Positions 39,812 to 49,151 of a stretch of 64,000 nucleotides of DNA are shown piece after piece. The notes beneath the pieces are model-generated. The model ran no database searches. It worked only from the letters and a program-made list of their open reading frames with translations, and was not told the DNA's origin. A program made the translations under genes and the position numbers. The DNA comes from Promethearchaeia archaeon (GTDB lineage: Archaea; Asgardarchaeota; Lokiarchaeia; Sigyniarchaeales; SOKP01), in assembly GCA_046483985.1 (NCBI GenBank), contig JAWOCD010000057.1, positions 32,001 to 96,000 of the forward strand, written 5' to 3'. Position 1 is the first letter of the stretch, and each line of letters starts with the position of its first letter.

Positions 39812-40035
39812 ACTACCCTAACCCTTAAGGGCGTGGATTCGTAATTAATCGAGAATTGCTGACCTAACATCAACTTTCCATCCTCTACAAACACATTCAC
39901 CATAGTCCTTACGGTAGAATCATCGTTTTTAATAACCTACTCTTAAATATTAGGTGTTATATGAGATAATAAACCCCTTTAATTTACTCTTTAAAAGATA
40001 TTCTATCTCTTCTTTAAGAGTAGAGCTGCTTTCAC
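39808..40035 (-). mobile_element. Non-autonomous IS200/IS605-derived mini-element with omegaRNA-like right end
   Basis: Minus strand ends ...GAATCCACGCCCTTAAGGGTTAGGGTAGTTCAA; degenerate left-end hairpin at ~40000-40030 next to TTAT; no target duplication. Confidence 0.6.
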
Positions 40036-40387
40036 ATAAGCGTCTTCATCAATGAAATCTCTGCTTGGCGTTGAGAGGATCTTCTAATTTTACTTGGACT
40101 TTTTCTTTTTTATCTTTACGCTGACTTCTGTGTCAAAAGAGTATTTAGCACTGGGGAAGGCAGAAACAAGAAAATCATCAATATTTCCAGAGGGCTAAAA
40201 AAAAAGAAAATTTTTAAAAGTATATTATCAGATTTCTAAAAGACAATTCATAGGGTCGTGAGGCTTTACAAATATTGGATATTGACATGCAATATTATTT
40301 ATTGCTAAATAAATTAATTAAAATGTAGCAAATCTTTTTTTATTACATCTATAGATGGAAAATTAATGGTAATATAAGTTAGCTAAG

Positions 40388-40651
40388 ATGGATTATATAG
40401 TAGAAATAGTATTGGAAAATAAACCTCAAGCAAGAGATCCCGTAGGACAAACAATCCAAAAGGATTTAATTGCCAAAAAGGGGTATGAGATGATCTCAAA
40501 TGTGCGATCTGGACAATATTTAAGGATAAAGGTTAAAGCAGAAGATAAAGATAAGGCTAAACAAATTGTTGAAGATATGTGTAATGATCTACGTATTTTT
40601 AATCCCGTTACTCAAAATTTAAATATTCTTAATGTAAGAAAACAAGATTAA
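40388..40651 (+). CDS. purS: FGAM synthase subunit PurS
   Basis: KPQARDPVGQTI, VRSG, MCNDLRIFNPV. Confidence 0.93.
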   Translation: MDYIVEIVLENKPQARDPVGQTIQKDLIAKKGYEMISNVRSGQYLRIKVKAEDKDKAKQIVEDMCNDLRIFNPVTQNLNILNVRKQD

Positions 40652-40654
40652 AAG

Positions 40655-41368
40655 ATGACAATTAAAGTAGCTGTTATTCAATTCCCCGGCTCAAATTGCG
40701 ATCGAGATACTGTTTATGTGTTAAATAATGTAATACAGGATGTGGAAGCATCTCTTATATGGCATGCCGAGTTTGAAGAATCGGAATTTGATGCGGTTGT
40801 AATGCCAGGTGGATTTTCTTTCGGAGATTATTTACGCTCCGGAATTATTGCTGCACATAGCCCCGCAATGGACGAAGCTCGTATCATGCTAAAGGATGGA
40901 CGTCCAATTATCGGGATATGTAATGGATTCCAAATTCTGACAGAGGCTCAATTTCTTCCCGGTGCCCTTCTCCAGAATGACTCATTAAGATTCATCTGTA
41001 AGTGGCTCAATATCAAGGTCAAGAATAATAAGACTGCGTTTACCAATAAAATGGATCTTAATGATGTAATAGATATTCCCATTGCTCACGGAGAAGGTCG
41101 ATATTATACAGATAAACTAAAAGAGCTGGAAGAGAATAATCAAATTGTATTTCAATATAGTGATTCAACGGGAGAAACGGGAGAAAAATCAAATCCAAAT
41201 GGTTCCCTAAATAACATTGCGGGAGTATGCAATTTAGAAGGAAATTGTTTGGGATTAATGCCGCATCCAGAACGAGCTTCCGAATCCATATTAAGTCCAA
41301 AAGGTACCACACATGGCAAATTATTTTTTGAATCTATGATAAACTTTATCAAGCAAGGAGGTGTCTAG
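40655..41368 (+). CDS. purQ: FGAM synthase glutaminase subunit
   Basis: FPGSNCD, GGFSFGDYLR, GICNGFQIL, MPHPER. Confidence 0.97.
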   Translation: MTIKVAVIQFPGSNCDRDTVYVLNNVIQDVEASLIWHAEFEESEFDAVVMPGGFSFGDYLRSGIIAAHSPAMDEARIMLKDGRPIIGICNGFQILTEAQFLPGALLQNDSLRFICKWLNIKVKNNKTAFTNKMDLNDVIDIPIAHGEGRYYTDKLKELEENNQIVFQYSDSTGETGEKSNPNGSLNNIAGVCNLEGNCLGLMPHPERASESILSPKGTTHGKLFFESMINFIKQGGV

Positions 41369-43613
41369 AGTGCCGAAAGTAGAAAGTGATGGAGATAAAT
41401 TAGAAGTCGATTTAAAGGAAGATGAAATAGAGCAGATTAAAGATTCTCTAAATCGAGAGCCAAGCCTTACGGAATGGGGGATGTTTGATGTTATGCATTC
41501 CGAACACTGCTCCTACAAGTCCTCTCGCCCTAAATTTAAATATTTTGAAAACGCAGAAGAGAATTATGATTATGTATTGGCAGGTCCCGGACAAGATGCT
41601 GGAGTAATCAATATCGGGGATGGCTATTGTTTGGCCTTTCGAATTGAATCCCATAATCATCCCTCCGCAATAGAACCATATCATGGAGCAGCGACCGGAA
41701 TTGGCGGAATTATTAGAGATATATTATGCATGGGAGTTCGTCCCATCGCTTTATTAGATCCATTGCGCTTTGGGTCTCTTAAAAATAATCCCCATTCGCA
41801 GTGGCTCTTTAAATACGTCGTAAAGGGGATTGCAGATTACGGAAACTGTACTGGCATCCCCACCATTAATGGAGAAGTGGAATTCGATGAAAGTTTCGAG
41901 AATAATTGTTTAGTGAATGTAGGATGCATTGGGATCGGTACGGTTAATGATTTTGAGCATGCGCCCAGTAAAGCCGTCAATCCTGGGGATTATGTTGTCC
42001 TAATGGGAGGAGCCACGGGAAGGGACGGTATACATGGCGTAACCTTTGCCTCACGGACTTTAACTGAGATGTCGGAGGCAGATAGACCAGCGGTGCAAAT
42101 TGGAGACCCTTTCACGAAAAAGTTGATTATTGAAGCAACTTTAGAAGCGATAAAATCCGGATATGTCAGAGGGCTAAAGGACTTAGGGGGTGGAGGTCTT
42201 TCATGTGCATTAAGTGAGCTGACGGGAGACGGAGGGACGGGGGCGGAGATCGACATGAATAAGATATTCACTCGTGAACCGGGAATGAATTCGTTTGAGA
42301 TAATGTTGTCTGAATCTCAAGAACGTATGGCATTTATTGTAAAACCAGAAGGGCTAGAAACGGTATTAAACATTTTTCAGAAATACGAAATGAATCATGC
42401 AGTTATTGGCCGCACCGATGATTCGCAGATTTTAAAAGTATTCAATAAGGATGAATTAGTCGTTAGTTTACCTGCGAAAGCTCTTTCAGATGCTCCTACC
42501 GTGGACAGGGAGGAAAAACGACCTCAAGGATTAGATGGATTATTAAATCAAAAAACTCCAGAGTTTGATCTAGGATTCGATGAGATTATACACAAACTTA
42601 TCAGTTCTGAGAACATTTGTAGTAAAGAATGGATATACCGGCAATATGATCATGAAGTCGGAGTACGTTCGGTGGTGAAATGCGGAGATGGAGATTCAGG
42701 AGTTTTGCGTGTATTGAATACCGATAAATATATTGCTGCTAATGTCTCTGCAAATTCAAAACATTGTTTTCTAGATCCCTTCAATGGTGCTAAAGGAAAT
42801 TTAGTGGAAGCTTGCGGAAATATCATAGCAAATGGGGCAAAACCGATGGCAATGGTAAATTGCTGTAATTTTGGGAATCCTGAAATTCCAGAGTCATATT
42901 GGTATTTCTCCCAAGCGGTGCAGGGGATGGGAGAATTTTGTAAAAAAATGCGAATCCCCATCATAGGAGGGAACGTATCCTTTTACAATGAAGATGAAGC
43001 AACCCAAACGGCAATAAAACCCACCCCCATGATCATGATGGTGGGACTAATTGAGGGGCAAGAAAATATTATTACGTTACCATTTAAAACTGCTGGACAC
43101 GATATATTAATGATTGGGGAAACAAGAGCAGAGTTAGGGGGGTCCGAGTTTCATAACATATTATTCGATATGGATGGTGGAAATCCCCCGAAAGTGAGTG
43201 AAGAAGAGATAAAAAGGCGTTGGAAATTACTGTTTGACCTCTATAGAAAGGGCTATGTATACGCCAATCATGATATAAGTAAAGGCGGCATTATGATTAC
43301 CATTTCAGAGATGTGTTTTCATAATAACCTTGGTGCTGCTTTAGATTTCACGGATCTTTATGAGGGAATGGAAAATTATGACTTTCTATTCAGTGAAACA
43401 GCCGGCAGATTTATCATTGAGACCAAACCAGAGGATTATTTAGAGATTAAGGAAAAGGCGAAAGAATACGGGGTTCAAGTTACGAAATTAGGAACAATTC
43501 TTTCCGATCCGAGGGTCGATGTCAAAGGATTAAAAAATAACAATTTTGTCCTTGATGTGAACAAACTTCGGGACAAACATAATACCACCATTCCCGATTA
43601 TATGGAAATCTAA
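41361..43613 (+). CDS. purL: FGAM synthase large subunit
   Basis: SEHCSYKSS, ESHNHPS, SESQERM, QYDHEV, GGNVSFYN. Confidence 0.97.
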   Translation: MSRVPKVESDGDKLEVDLKEDEIEQIKDSLNREPSLTEWGMFDVMHSEHCSYKSSRPKFKYFENAEENYDYVLAGPGQDAGVINIGDGYCLAFRIESHNHPSAIEPYHGAATGIGGIIRDILCMGVRPIALLDPLRFGSLKNNPHSQWLFKYVVKGIADYGNCTGIPTINGEVEFDESFENNCLVNVGCIGIGTVNDFEHAPSKAVNPGDYVVLMGGATGRDGIHGVTFASRTLTEMSEADRPAVQIGDPFTKKLIIEATLEAIKSGYVRGLKDLGGGGLSCALSELTGDGGTGAEIDMNKIFTREPGMNSFEIMLSESQERMAFIVKPEGLETVLNIFQKYEMNHAVIGRTDDSQILKVFNKDELVVSLPAKALSDAPTVDREEKRPQGLDGLLNQKTPEFDLGFDEIIHKLISSENICSKEWIYRQYDHEVGVRSVVKCGDGDSGVLRVLNTDKYIAANVSANSKHCFLDPFNGAKGNLVEACGNIIANGAKPMAMVNCCNFGNPEIPESYWYFSQAVQGMGEFCKKMRIPIIGGNVSFYNEDEATQTAIKPTPMIMMVGLIEGQENIITLPFKTAGHDILMIGETRAELGGSEFHNILFDMDGGNPPKVSEEEIKRRWKLLFDLYRKGYVYANHDISKGGIMITISEMCFHNNLGAALDFTDLYEGMENYDFLFSETAGRFIIETKPEDYLEIKEKAKEYGVQVTKLGTILSDPRVDVKGLKNNNFVLDVNKLRDKHNTTIPDYMEI

Positions 43614-43634
43614 AAAGAGATAACAGGAATTTTT

Positions 43635-45035
43635 TTACTCTTTCCCGTTCCAACAATAAGTACACAAATTCTTTTTATCGAGTCCTATAGCATCCAGCAT
43701 ATCGTCGAGCTTCTGATATTTTAAAGAAGTTAAATGTAAACCCTTGCGGATTTCTTCAACCATTGCTTTATATTCTTCCGATTCAGTTTCCGTATATCGG
43801 GAAGGGTCCTCAATATTCTCACCGTTTAACTTCTTAATTGCTCTTCTTGCCGCAAGATCTAGTTCTGAACGAGAACGCGAAAAGTTAAGGTATTTACAGT
43901 TATATACTAACGGAGGGCATGCAGGTCGCATATGCACTTCTTCTGCTCCCGCTTTGAAAAGTTTTCTCACCTTCCGCCTTAATTGCGTTCCGCGGACTAT
44001 CGAATCTTCGCAAAACAACAAACGCTTATTCTTGATTAAATCATTAATTGAGATTAGTTTCATTTCCGCCACACGATTTCTGATAGATTGATCTTGCGGC
44101 ATAAAACTTCGAGGCCATGTCGGAGTGTATTTAACATACGGTCTTGTGAAAGGAATATTTTTTTCATGTGCATATCCTAATCCATGGGCAGTTCCAGAAT
44201 CGGGAATTCCAGCCACCAAATCAATTTCAATATCATCTCTTTTTGCCAGAGAAGATCCGCATCGATATCTTACTTTCTCTACATTAATACCTTCATAACT
44301 TGACGCCGGATATCCATAATATATCCATAAAAATGAACAGATCTTCAAATTCTCAGGGTTAGGAGGGACTTTTTGTTCGATGCCTTCCTTATTTATAAAT
44401 AACACTTCGCCTGGTCCCAAATACTTTTCAACTTCATAACCAAGATTCGGAAAGGCACATGTTTCCAAAGTAGCGGCATAAGACCCAAACTTTTTTCCGA
44501 TAACAAGAGGAGTTCTTCCATATTTATCACGTGCGACATAAAGGCCATTATCTGTTAGGATTAAAAGAGAAATAGAACCGTCAATCATCTTTTGAATTTT
44601 CTCAATTCCCGCGCTAAAGGTATCTTCTTGACTGATAATGGTTGCCACTAATTCTGTAGGATTAATCTTTCCTCCGTGCATTTCTGAGAAATGAGACCCA
44701 TTTTGTAACGCAAACTCTGTTAATTCCGGGATATTGTTAATCTTTCCAACCGTTACCAAAGCGAACACTCCTAAATGAGAATTAATTATCAACGGTTGAT
44801 CATCATAATCGCTAATAACCCCAATTCCTCTATCTCCGTGCATTTTACTTATATCTTTTTCGAACTTTGACCGAAATTGACTGGTTGTTATATCCTTGAT
44901 GAATCTTTGAAATCCTCCAGAGTTTTTGACTGCCAAACCTCCTCTTATTGTTCCCAAATGAGAATGGTAATCTGTTCCATAAAAGAGATCAGCAACGCAA
45001 TCGGAATTAGAAAGAACACCAAAAATTCCTCCCAA
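43635..45035 (-). CDS. purF: Amidophosphoribosyltransferase lacking the N-terminal catalytic Cys
   Basis: GIPDSG, EDSIVRGT PRPP motif, ACPP, CTYC; N-terminus MGGIFG. Confidence 0.92.
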   Translation of the reverse strand: MGGIFGVLSNSDCVADLFYGTDYHSHLGTIRGGLAVKNSGGFQRFIKDITTSQFRSKFEKDISKMHGDRGIGVISDYDDQPLIINSHLGVFALVTVGKINNIPELTEFALQNGSHFSEMHGGKINPTELVATIISQEDTFSAGIEKIQKMIDGSISLLILTDNGLYVARDKYGRTPLVIGKKFGSYAATLETCAFPNLGYEVEKYLGPGEVLFINKEGIEQKVPPNPENLKICSFLWIYYGYPASSYEGINVEKVRYRCGSSLAKRDDIEIDLVAGIPDSGTAHGLGYAHEKNIPFTRPYVKYTPTWPRSFMPQDQSIRNRVAEMKLISINDLIKNKRLLFCEDSIVRGTQLRRKVRKLFKAGAEEVHMRPACPPLVYNCKYLNFSRSRSELDLAARRAIKKLNGENIEDPSRYTETESEEYKAMVEEIRKGLHLTSLKYQKLDDMLDAIGLDKKNLCTYCWNGKE

Positions 45036-45301
45036 TTTATGCTTTCACCATTTTAATTCTAATCTATTTTTGATAATCGAACATCCTTTGGAAGAATTAA
45101 TATTAATCTCTTAAAAAATTCAATTATTAACCATCTAAGATCTTATCTATCTTCAGTTGATGAAACTTCTTATGAGTTCCTTATTCACATATAAGGTTTC
45201 CTCTTTAAAATATCCGATAATAATGAAAATATAAATGAAAATTATTTATATATATGATTTTTTTAATTATTTAGGATCATTAAAAATTTGGTGATATTTT
45301 T

Positions 45302-45487
45302 TTGAGAGCGCGTACTTGTTTAAAATGCCATGAATATTTAGTGTTACATCCCAGCAATCCAAAAAGCAAAGAGAATGCGAATAGGTTTGAAAAGAAACAT
45401 CGAGGGCATAACTTGGTTACGCTTCAATTAGACGAGATTGATAAGGGGAAATACACAAGTTTTGGAGAGAGTGATAAGAAACCTTAA
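45302..45487 (+). CDS. Small putative zinc-finger protein
   Basis: CLKC...HRGH; GGTGA SD upstream of TTG. Confidence 0.7.
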   Translation: MRARTCLKCHEYLVLHPSNPKSKENANRFEKKHRGHNLVTLQLDEIDKGKYTSFGESDKKP

Positions 45488-45569
45488 TATCTATTTCTTT
45501 TTTTCATTATATTATACAAAATCCTATTGGCCTCTTCTTAAAGAAAAAGAAAAAATTTATTTTTAAAGA

Positions 45570-46511
45570 TTATTCACGACGCATTTTAAGTTTGTACCTC
45601 CTATACATAAAGGCTATGGAAAAGACTCCGATTACTATACCCAACAGTATCCACGTGAATATTTGATGAGAATTATTTTGTGAAATCCGATAAATTAAGC
45701 CCTCATCTTCTCCGAGAATCTCTATTTGCGAGTAAGAACCATCACTAGCATAATTTACATTAACAGTATATGATTTTTCGCCATTTCTCTCTATAATAAG
45801 AGAATTCTCATCTGTTGTCGTATTTTCACATTCTAATGAATCTACTAATTCAGTGAGATAACTGCTTATAGGGCTTGGGAAATATTGTCCTTTAAGGATC
45901 AATTGCCAGATAAAATCATCCCCGGTAAGATTTGGGAAAGTTACCTCGTAAGAACTATTCATTTCATCACTCCATTGGTGATAAATATCAAGGCCTGTTT
46001 TATACCTCTCAGCATTTTTAAACACATAAAGGATATAGTTCGGTCTATCGGCATCCACTTCGAAATCATCTTCTGTAAAAGACCAAAGTGATTGATATAT
46101 CTTCCAACTTTCAATTGTGGTATTATAAGCATCATTTATGGTAGAACGATTAACTCCTTCCTCTTTCAATGAAGAGAGAGAAGCAAGACTATTCTCTGGG
46201 ATATAAAGTCCCGTTAGCATTTCATAGACGTTGGTTTCATTATCATACCATCCTAAGTTTATATTTTTAGCCTTCGCATTTTTTTTATTAGCGTCCCCTC
46301 CAAAAAAGTCGTCTGGGGTTAGGGTACTCTCAATTACTTCTTCCCATTCGTTTTTATCATAATCTTCTACAATATAGGTATCAGTTCCTTTATAAAAAGA
46401 AGCACTATAGGTCTTTGCTGTGACAAAGCCACCAATGAATAGGGATAGAGAAGTAAGTAAGGTTAACATCATTAAAAATCCAAGATTTTTAGATTTCATT
46501 GTATTTTTCAC
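45570..46511 (-). CDS. Exported protein with C-terminal membrane anchor
   Basis: Signal peptide, acidic N/S/T-rich body, C-terminal TM and basic tail. Confidence 0.75.
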   Translation of the reverse strand: MKNTMKSKNLGFLMMLTLLTSLSLFIGGFVTAKTYSASFYKGTDTYIVEDYDKNEWEEVIESTLTPDDFFGGDANKKNAKAKNINLGWYDNETNVYEMLTGLYIPENSLASLSSLKEEGVNRSTINDAYNTTIESWKIYQSLWSFTEDDFEVDADRPNYILYVFKNAERYKTGLDIYHQWSDEMNSSYEVTFPNLTGDDFIWQLILKGQYFPSPISSYLTELVDSLECENTTTDENSLIIERNGEKSYTVNVNYASDGSYSQIEILGEDEGLIYRISQNNSHQIFTWILLGIVIGVFSIAFMYRRYKLKMRRE

Positions 46512-46514
46512 CTT

Positions 46515-47348
46515 TTATAATTGTCGTTTTTTAAATAGGTAAGCTGCCAGCAAAAAACTTGCAGCCATATATAATAATAATACTATGATTCCACCTTCGA
46601 TAGATGGATGTAACCACTGCCTAAATTTAAAACCTTGTACTTCGAAATCTGTATATCTTCCCGACTTGGAATCAGGAAAATCCTTTGTTATTACACCAGT
46701 TATTAAACGGCTTACAAATTCTAATGAATACAGAGGTTCAAAATCAGGGAGAGCAAGCGTGACAATTGAATCCACGATGCTAAAGCCAATTAATAAGATT
46801 AATATGGTGGCCACGGTTGTCATTAATGAGGTCTTTAAGAAAGAACTAAAAAGCGTAACAAAAGCACTCACTGCTAATAGGTATAGAACAGCTATAGCGA
46901 AGGATTGAAATAATTTAAAATAGATGGGAAGACCATAGAAATACATTGTTGTTAAGGCGGTTAAACCATAGTAAAATCCAATAACAACGATATTTAGGGT
47001 TAAGTTTCCCAGATATTTTCCAATTATGAGTTTAAACTTATTAATTTTGGGAAAGACGATATACCCTGTTTTTTCATGATATTCTGAGCAGATAATTCCT
47101 CCGAAAAAGAAACAGATACTAAAAATCAAGATTAAATTAATGAATCCTAAGGTGTCATTCATATAATTAATTTGTGAGGGGGAGAGTGTATTTTCCGGAA
47201 TTAATAAATACGGCAAGGTTCCCAGTAAAAACGCAATTAAAGATATGATAATAATAAAGATAATGAATTTCTTCCAATTCCTCTTCAATTCAAAAACGTA
47301 GGTATGATAAATCGGTCTAATTTCCGATAAGATTCCTGTGATTTCCAT
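46515..47348 (-). CDS. ABC-2 type transporter permease
   Basis: Six TM segments, GGIICSEYHEKTG...GKYLG. Confidence 0.88.
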   Translation of the reverse strand: MEITGILSEIRPIYHTYVFELKRNWKKFIIFIIIISLIAFLLGTLPYLLIPENTLSPSQINYMNDTLGFINLILIFSICFFFGGIICSEYHEKTGYIVFPKINKFKLIIGKYLGNLTLNIVVIGFYYGLTALTTMYFYGLPIYFKLFQSFAIAVLYLLAVSAFVTLFSSFLKTSLMTTVATILILLIGFSIVDSIVTLALPDFEPLYSLEFVSRLITGVITKDFPDSKSGRYTDFEVQGFKFRQWLHPSIEGGIIVLLLYMAASFLLAAYLFKKRQL

Positions 47349-48397
47349 TATTTTTGACCTCCCTTTTGTGTAGGTGGTATATCCTTTATTTTTTCTGAAT
47401 AGATTTGCTCTAATTGGCTGGTTCGTGGGGCTGTAAATAAAGTTACAGTAAACTTTGATTCGAATTCTTTTATGAGGATTTTTAATATTTCCGCTTTGGA
47501 TTTCTCTTTGCCATCATAATATATCTTGAATGCCTTCTGTTTGGGATTATATTTCACGGGTAATTTAGAAATATTTGGATCTAAATCATTGTCTAAATAT
47601 GGTTTTAATCTCTTGGTAAGAGCATCAATTAAGGGACTTAATTTATCTGGAGGGATTGGATTTAAAAGTTCACAATTTAACTCATTAGTCTTCAATGTTT
47701 TCTCTAGATTACTTATTGTGTCAAATGCGATAATTTTACCGCGATTAAGAAGAGCAACTTTATCACATACCTCAGAGATTTCATATAACATATGAGAGGC
47801 AACAAATATTGTCTTTCCTTGATCTTGGAGATATCTAAGGAACTTGCGGACTTCAATCCGTGCCTTAGGATCTAATCCCGTCTGCGGTTCATCTAAAATA
47901 ATGATTCGTGGATCATGAATAATGGCTTGTATGATCCCTAATTTCTGAGTCATTCCCTTACTGTAATTCTCGACTTTTTCGTATTTCCATTCGGATAACT
48001 GAAACAGATCCATTAATTCATTAATATGTTCATCGATCTTTTCTTTTGGGAACTCTTGTAATTTTGCAAAATATTTAAGCAATTGATATGCCGTCATATC
48101 CTCGTAAAAAGATGGAATGTCAATTAAAAAACCACGTTTTACCAAGTCTTGCGTCGTCCCATTTAATTCTTGCAATTCGCCTGTTTTATCTCGTATTAAA
48201 ATTCTTCCCTTATTTGGTCTCAATAATTGAGCTATCATCTTAATTGTCGTTGTTTTCCCAGCACCGTTAGGGCCTACCAATCCAATAGTTTCTCCTTCAT
48301 GGACTTCGAGATTTACACCGTCAACTGCGACTAATTCACCGAATCTTTTCGTTAAGTCTTCCAATTTTAGAACTGTTTTAGTTTTAGTCTTAGACAT
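47348..48397 (-). CDS. ABC transporter ATP-binding protein
   Basis: GPNGAGKTT, YSKGM, ILDEP, SH. Confidence 0.95.
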   Translation of the reverse strand: MSKTKTKTVLKLEDLTKRFGELVAVDGVNLEVHEGETIGLVGPNGAGKTTTIKMIAQLLRPNKGRILIRDKTGELQELNGTTQDLVKRGFLIDIPSFYEDMTAYQLLKYFAKLQEFPKEKIDEHINELMDLFQLSEWKYEKVENYSKGMTQKLGIIQAIIHDPRIIILDEPQTGLDPKARIEVRKFLRYLQDQGKTIFVASHMLYEISEVCDKVALLNRGKIIAFDTISNLEKTLKTNELNCELLNPIPPDKLSPLIDALTKRLKPYLDNDLDPNISKLPVKYNPKQKAFKIYYDGKEKSKAEILKILIKEFESKFTVTLFTAPRTSQLEQIYSEKIKDIPPTQKGGQK

Positions 48398-48492
48398 TTT
48401 TATAACAATTTTGAATAAAATTTGGGTTAATTTTAAAGTTTTTACTTAAAATAATAAAGTTGAATAAAAATGGATCAGAAAAAGTTAAGCGA

Positions 48493-49026
48493 TCAGAGAA
48501 CCTCTTTTTTATAAAAAAGGAGTTCTTCCACACAAACATCATTTTCAGCATCGTTCTCGAGGTAATTGATCTCTATCTTCTTAATCTCGTCTCCGATTAA
48601 CTCCCTAAAAGCAACTTCAAAATACCCTTTGTTAATCCTGCAAAAGGCTTTACCGTATTGGAGCTTTTTCCTGTCCTTGAACGGATCTCGGAGAAAACAC
48701 TTATTACCTATAATAATTCTTGTCTTCACAGAGTCCTCCTCGATTTTTCTTATTTGAACTGAATAAAATGCCGTTAATTCCTGAAGAAGAATCTGTATTG
48801 CTTCCTCGATTTCAAATTCGTCTTTTCCAGATTCTTTCTTTATTCTGTTTGCTATAATTTGTCCAGGACCCGATCCCGTTTGATACAGCATAGATAAGAG
48901 GCTATTCCTTCCGAAAATATCATATATCTTCTCTACCATAGATTCCGCAATAATTTCAAAACCTTTCATCGAATTGATGTTTTTTGGATCATTTTCTATC
49001 CTTCTATTCAATTCTTCTTTATCCAA
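48493..49026 (-). CDS. V4R/Bet3(TRAPP)-like fold protein
   Basis: SLLSMLYQTGSGPGQIIA helix, C...FCRINKGYF...C pattern. Confidence 0.65.
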   Translation of the reverse strand: MDKEELNRRIENDPKNINSMKGFEIIAESMVEKIYDIFGRNSLLSMLYQTGSGPGQIIANRIKKESGKDEFEIEEAIQILLQELTAFYSVQIRKIEEDSVKTRIIIGNKCFLRDPFKDRKKLQYGKAFCRINKGYFEVAFRELIGDEIKKIEINYLENDAENDVCVEELLFYKKEVL

Positions 49027-49151
49027 ATTAAAATCCCCTACAAATATAAAATTATATAATTAGATTTTGTATTGGGTATTAATTAAGTTTTATTTTCCCC
49101 ATCAATAACCATTTAATTTTTTGATATATTTTATTAAATTACTAAATAGAT

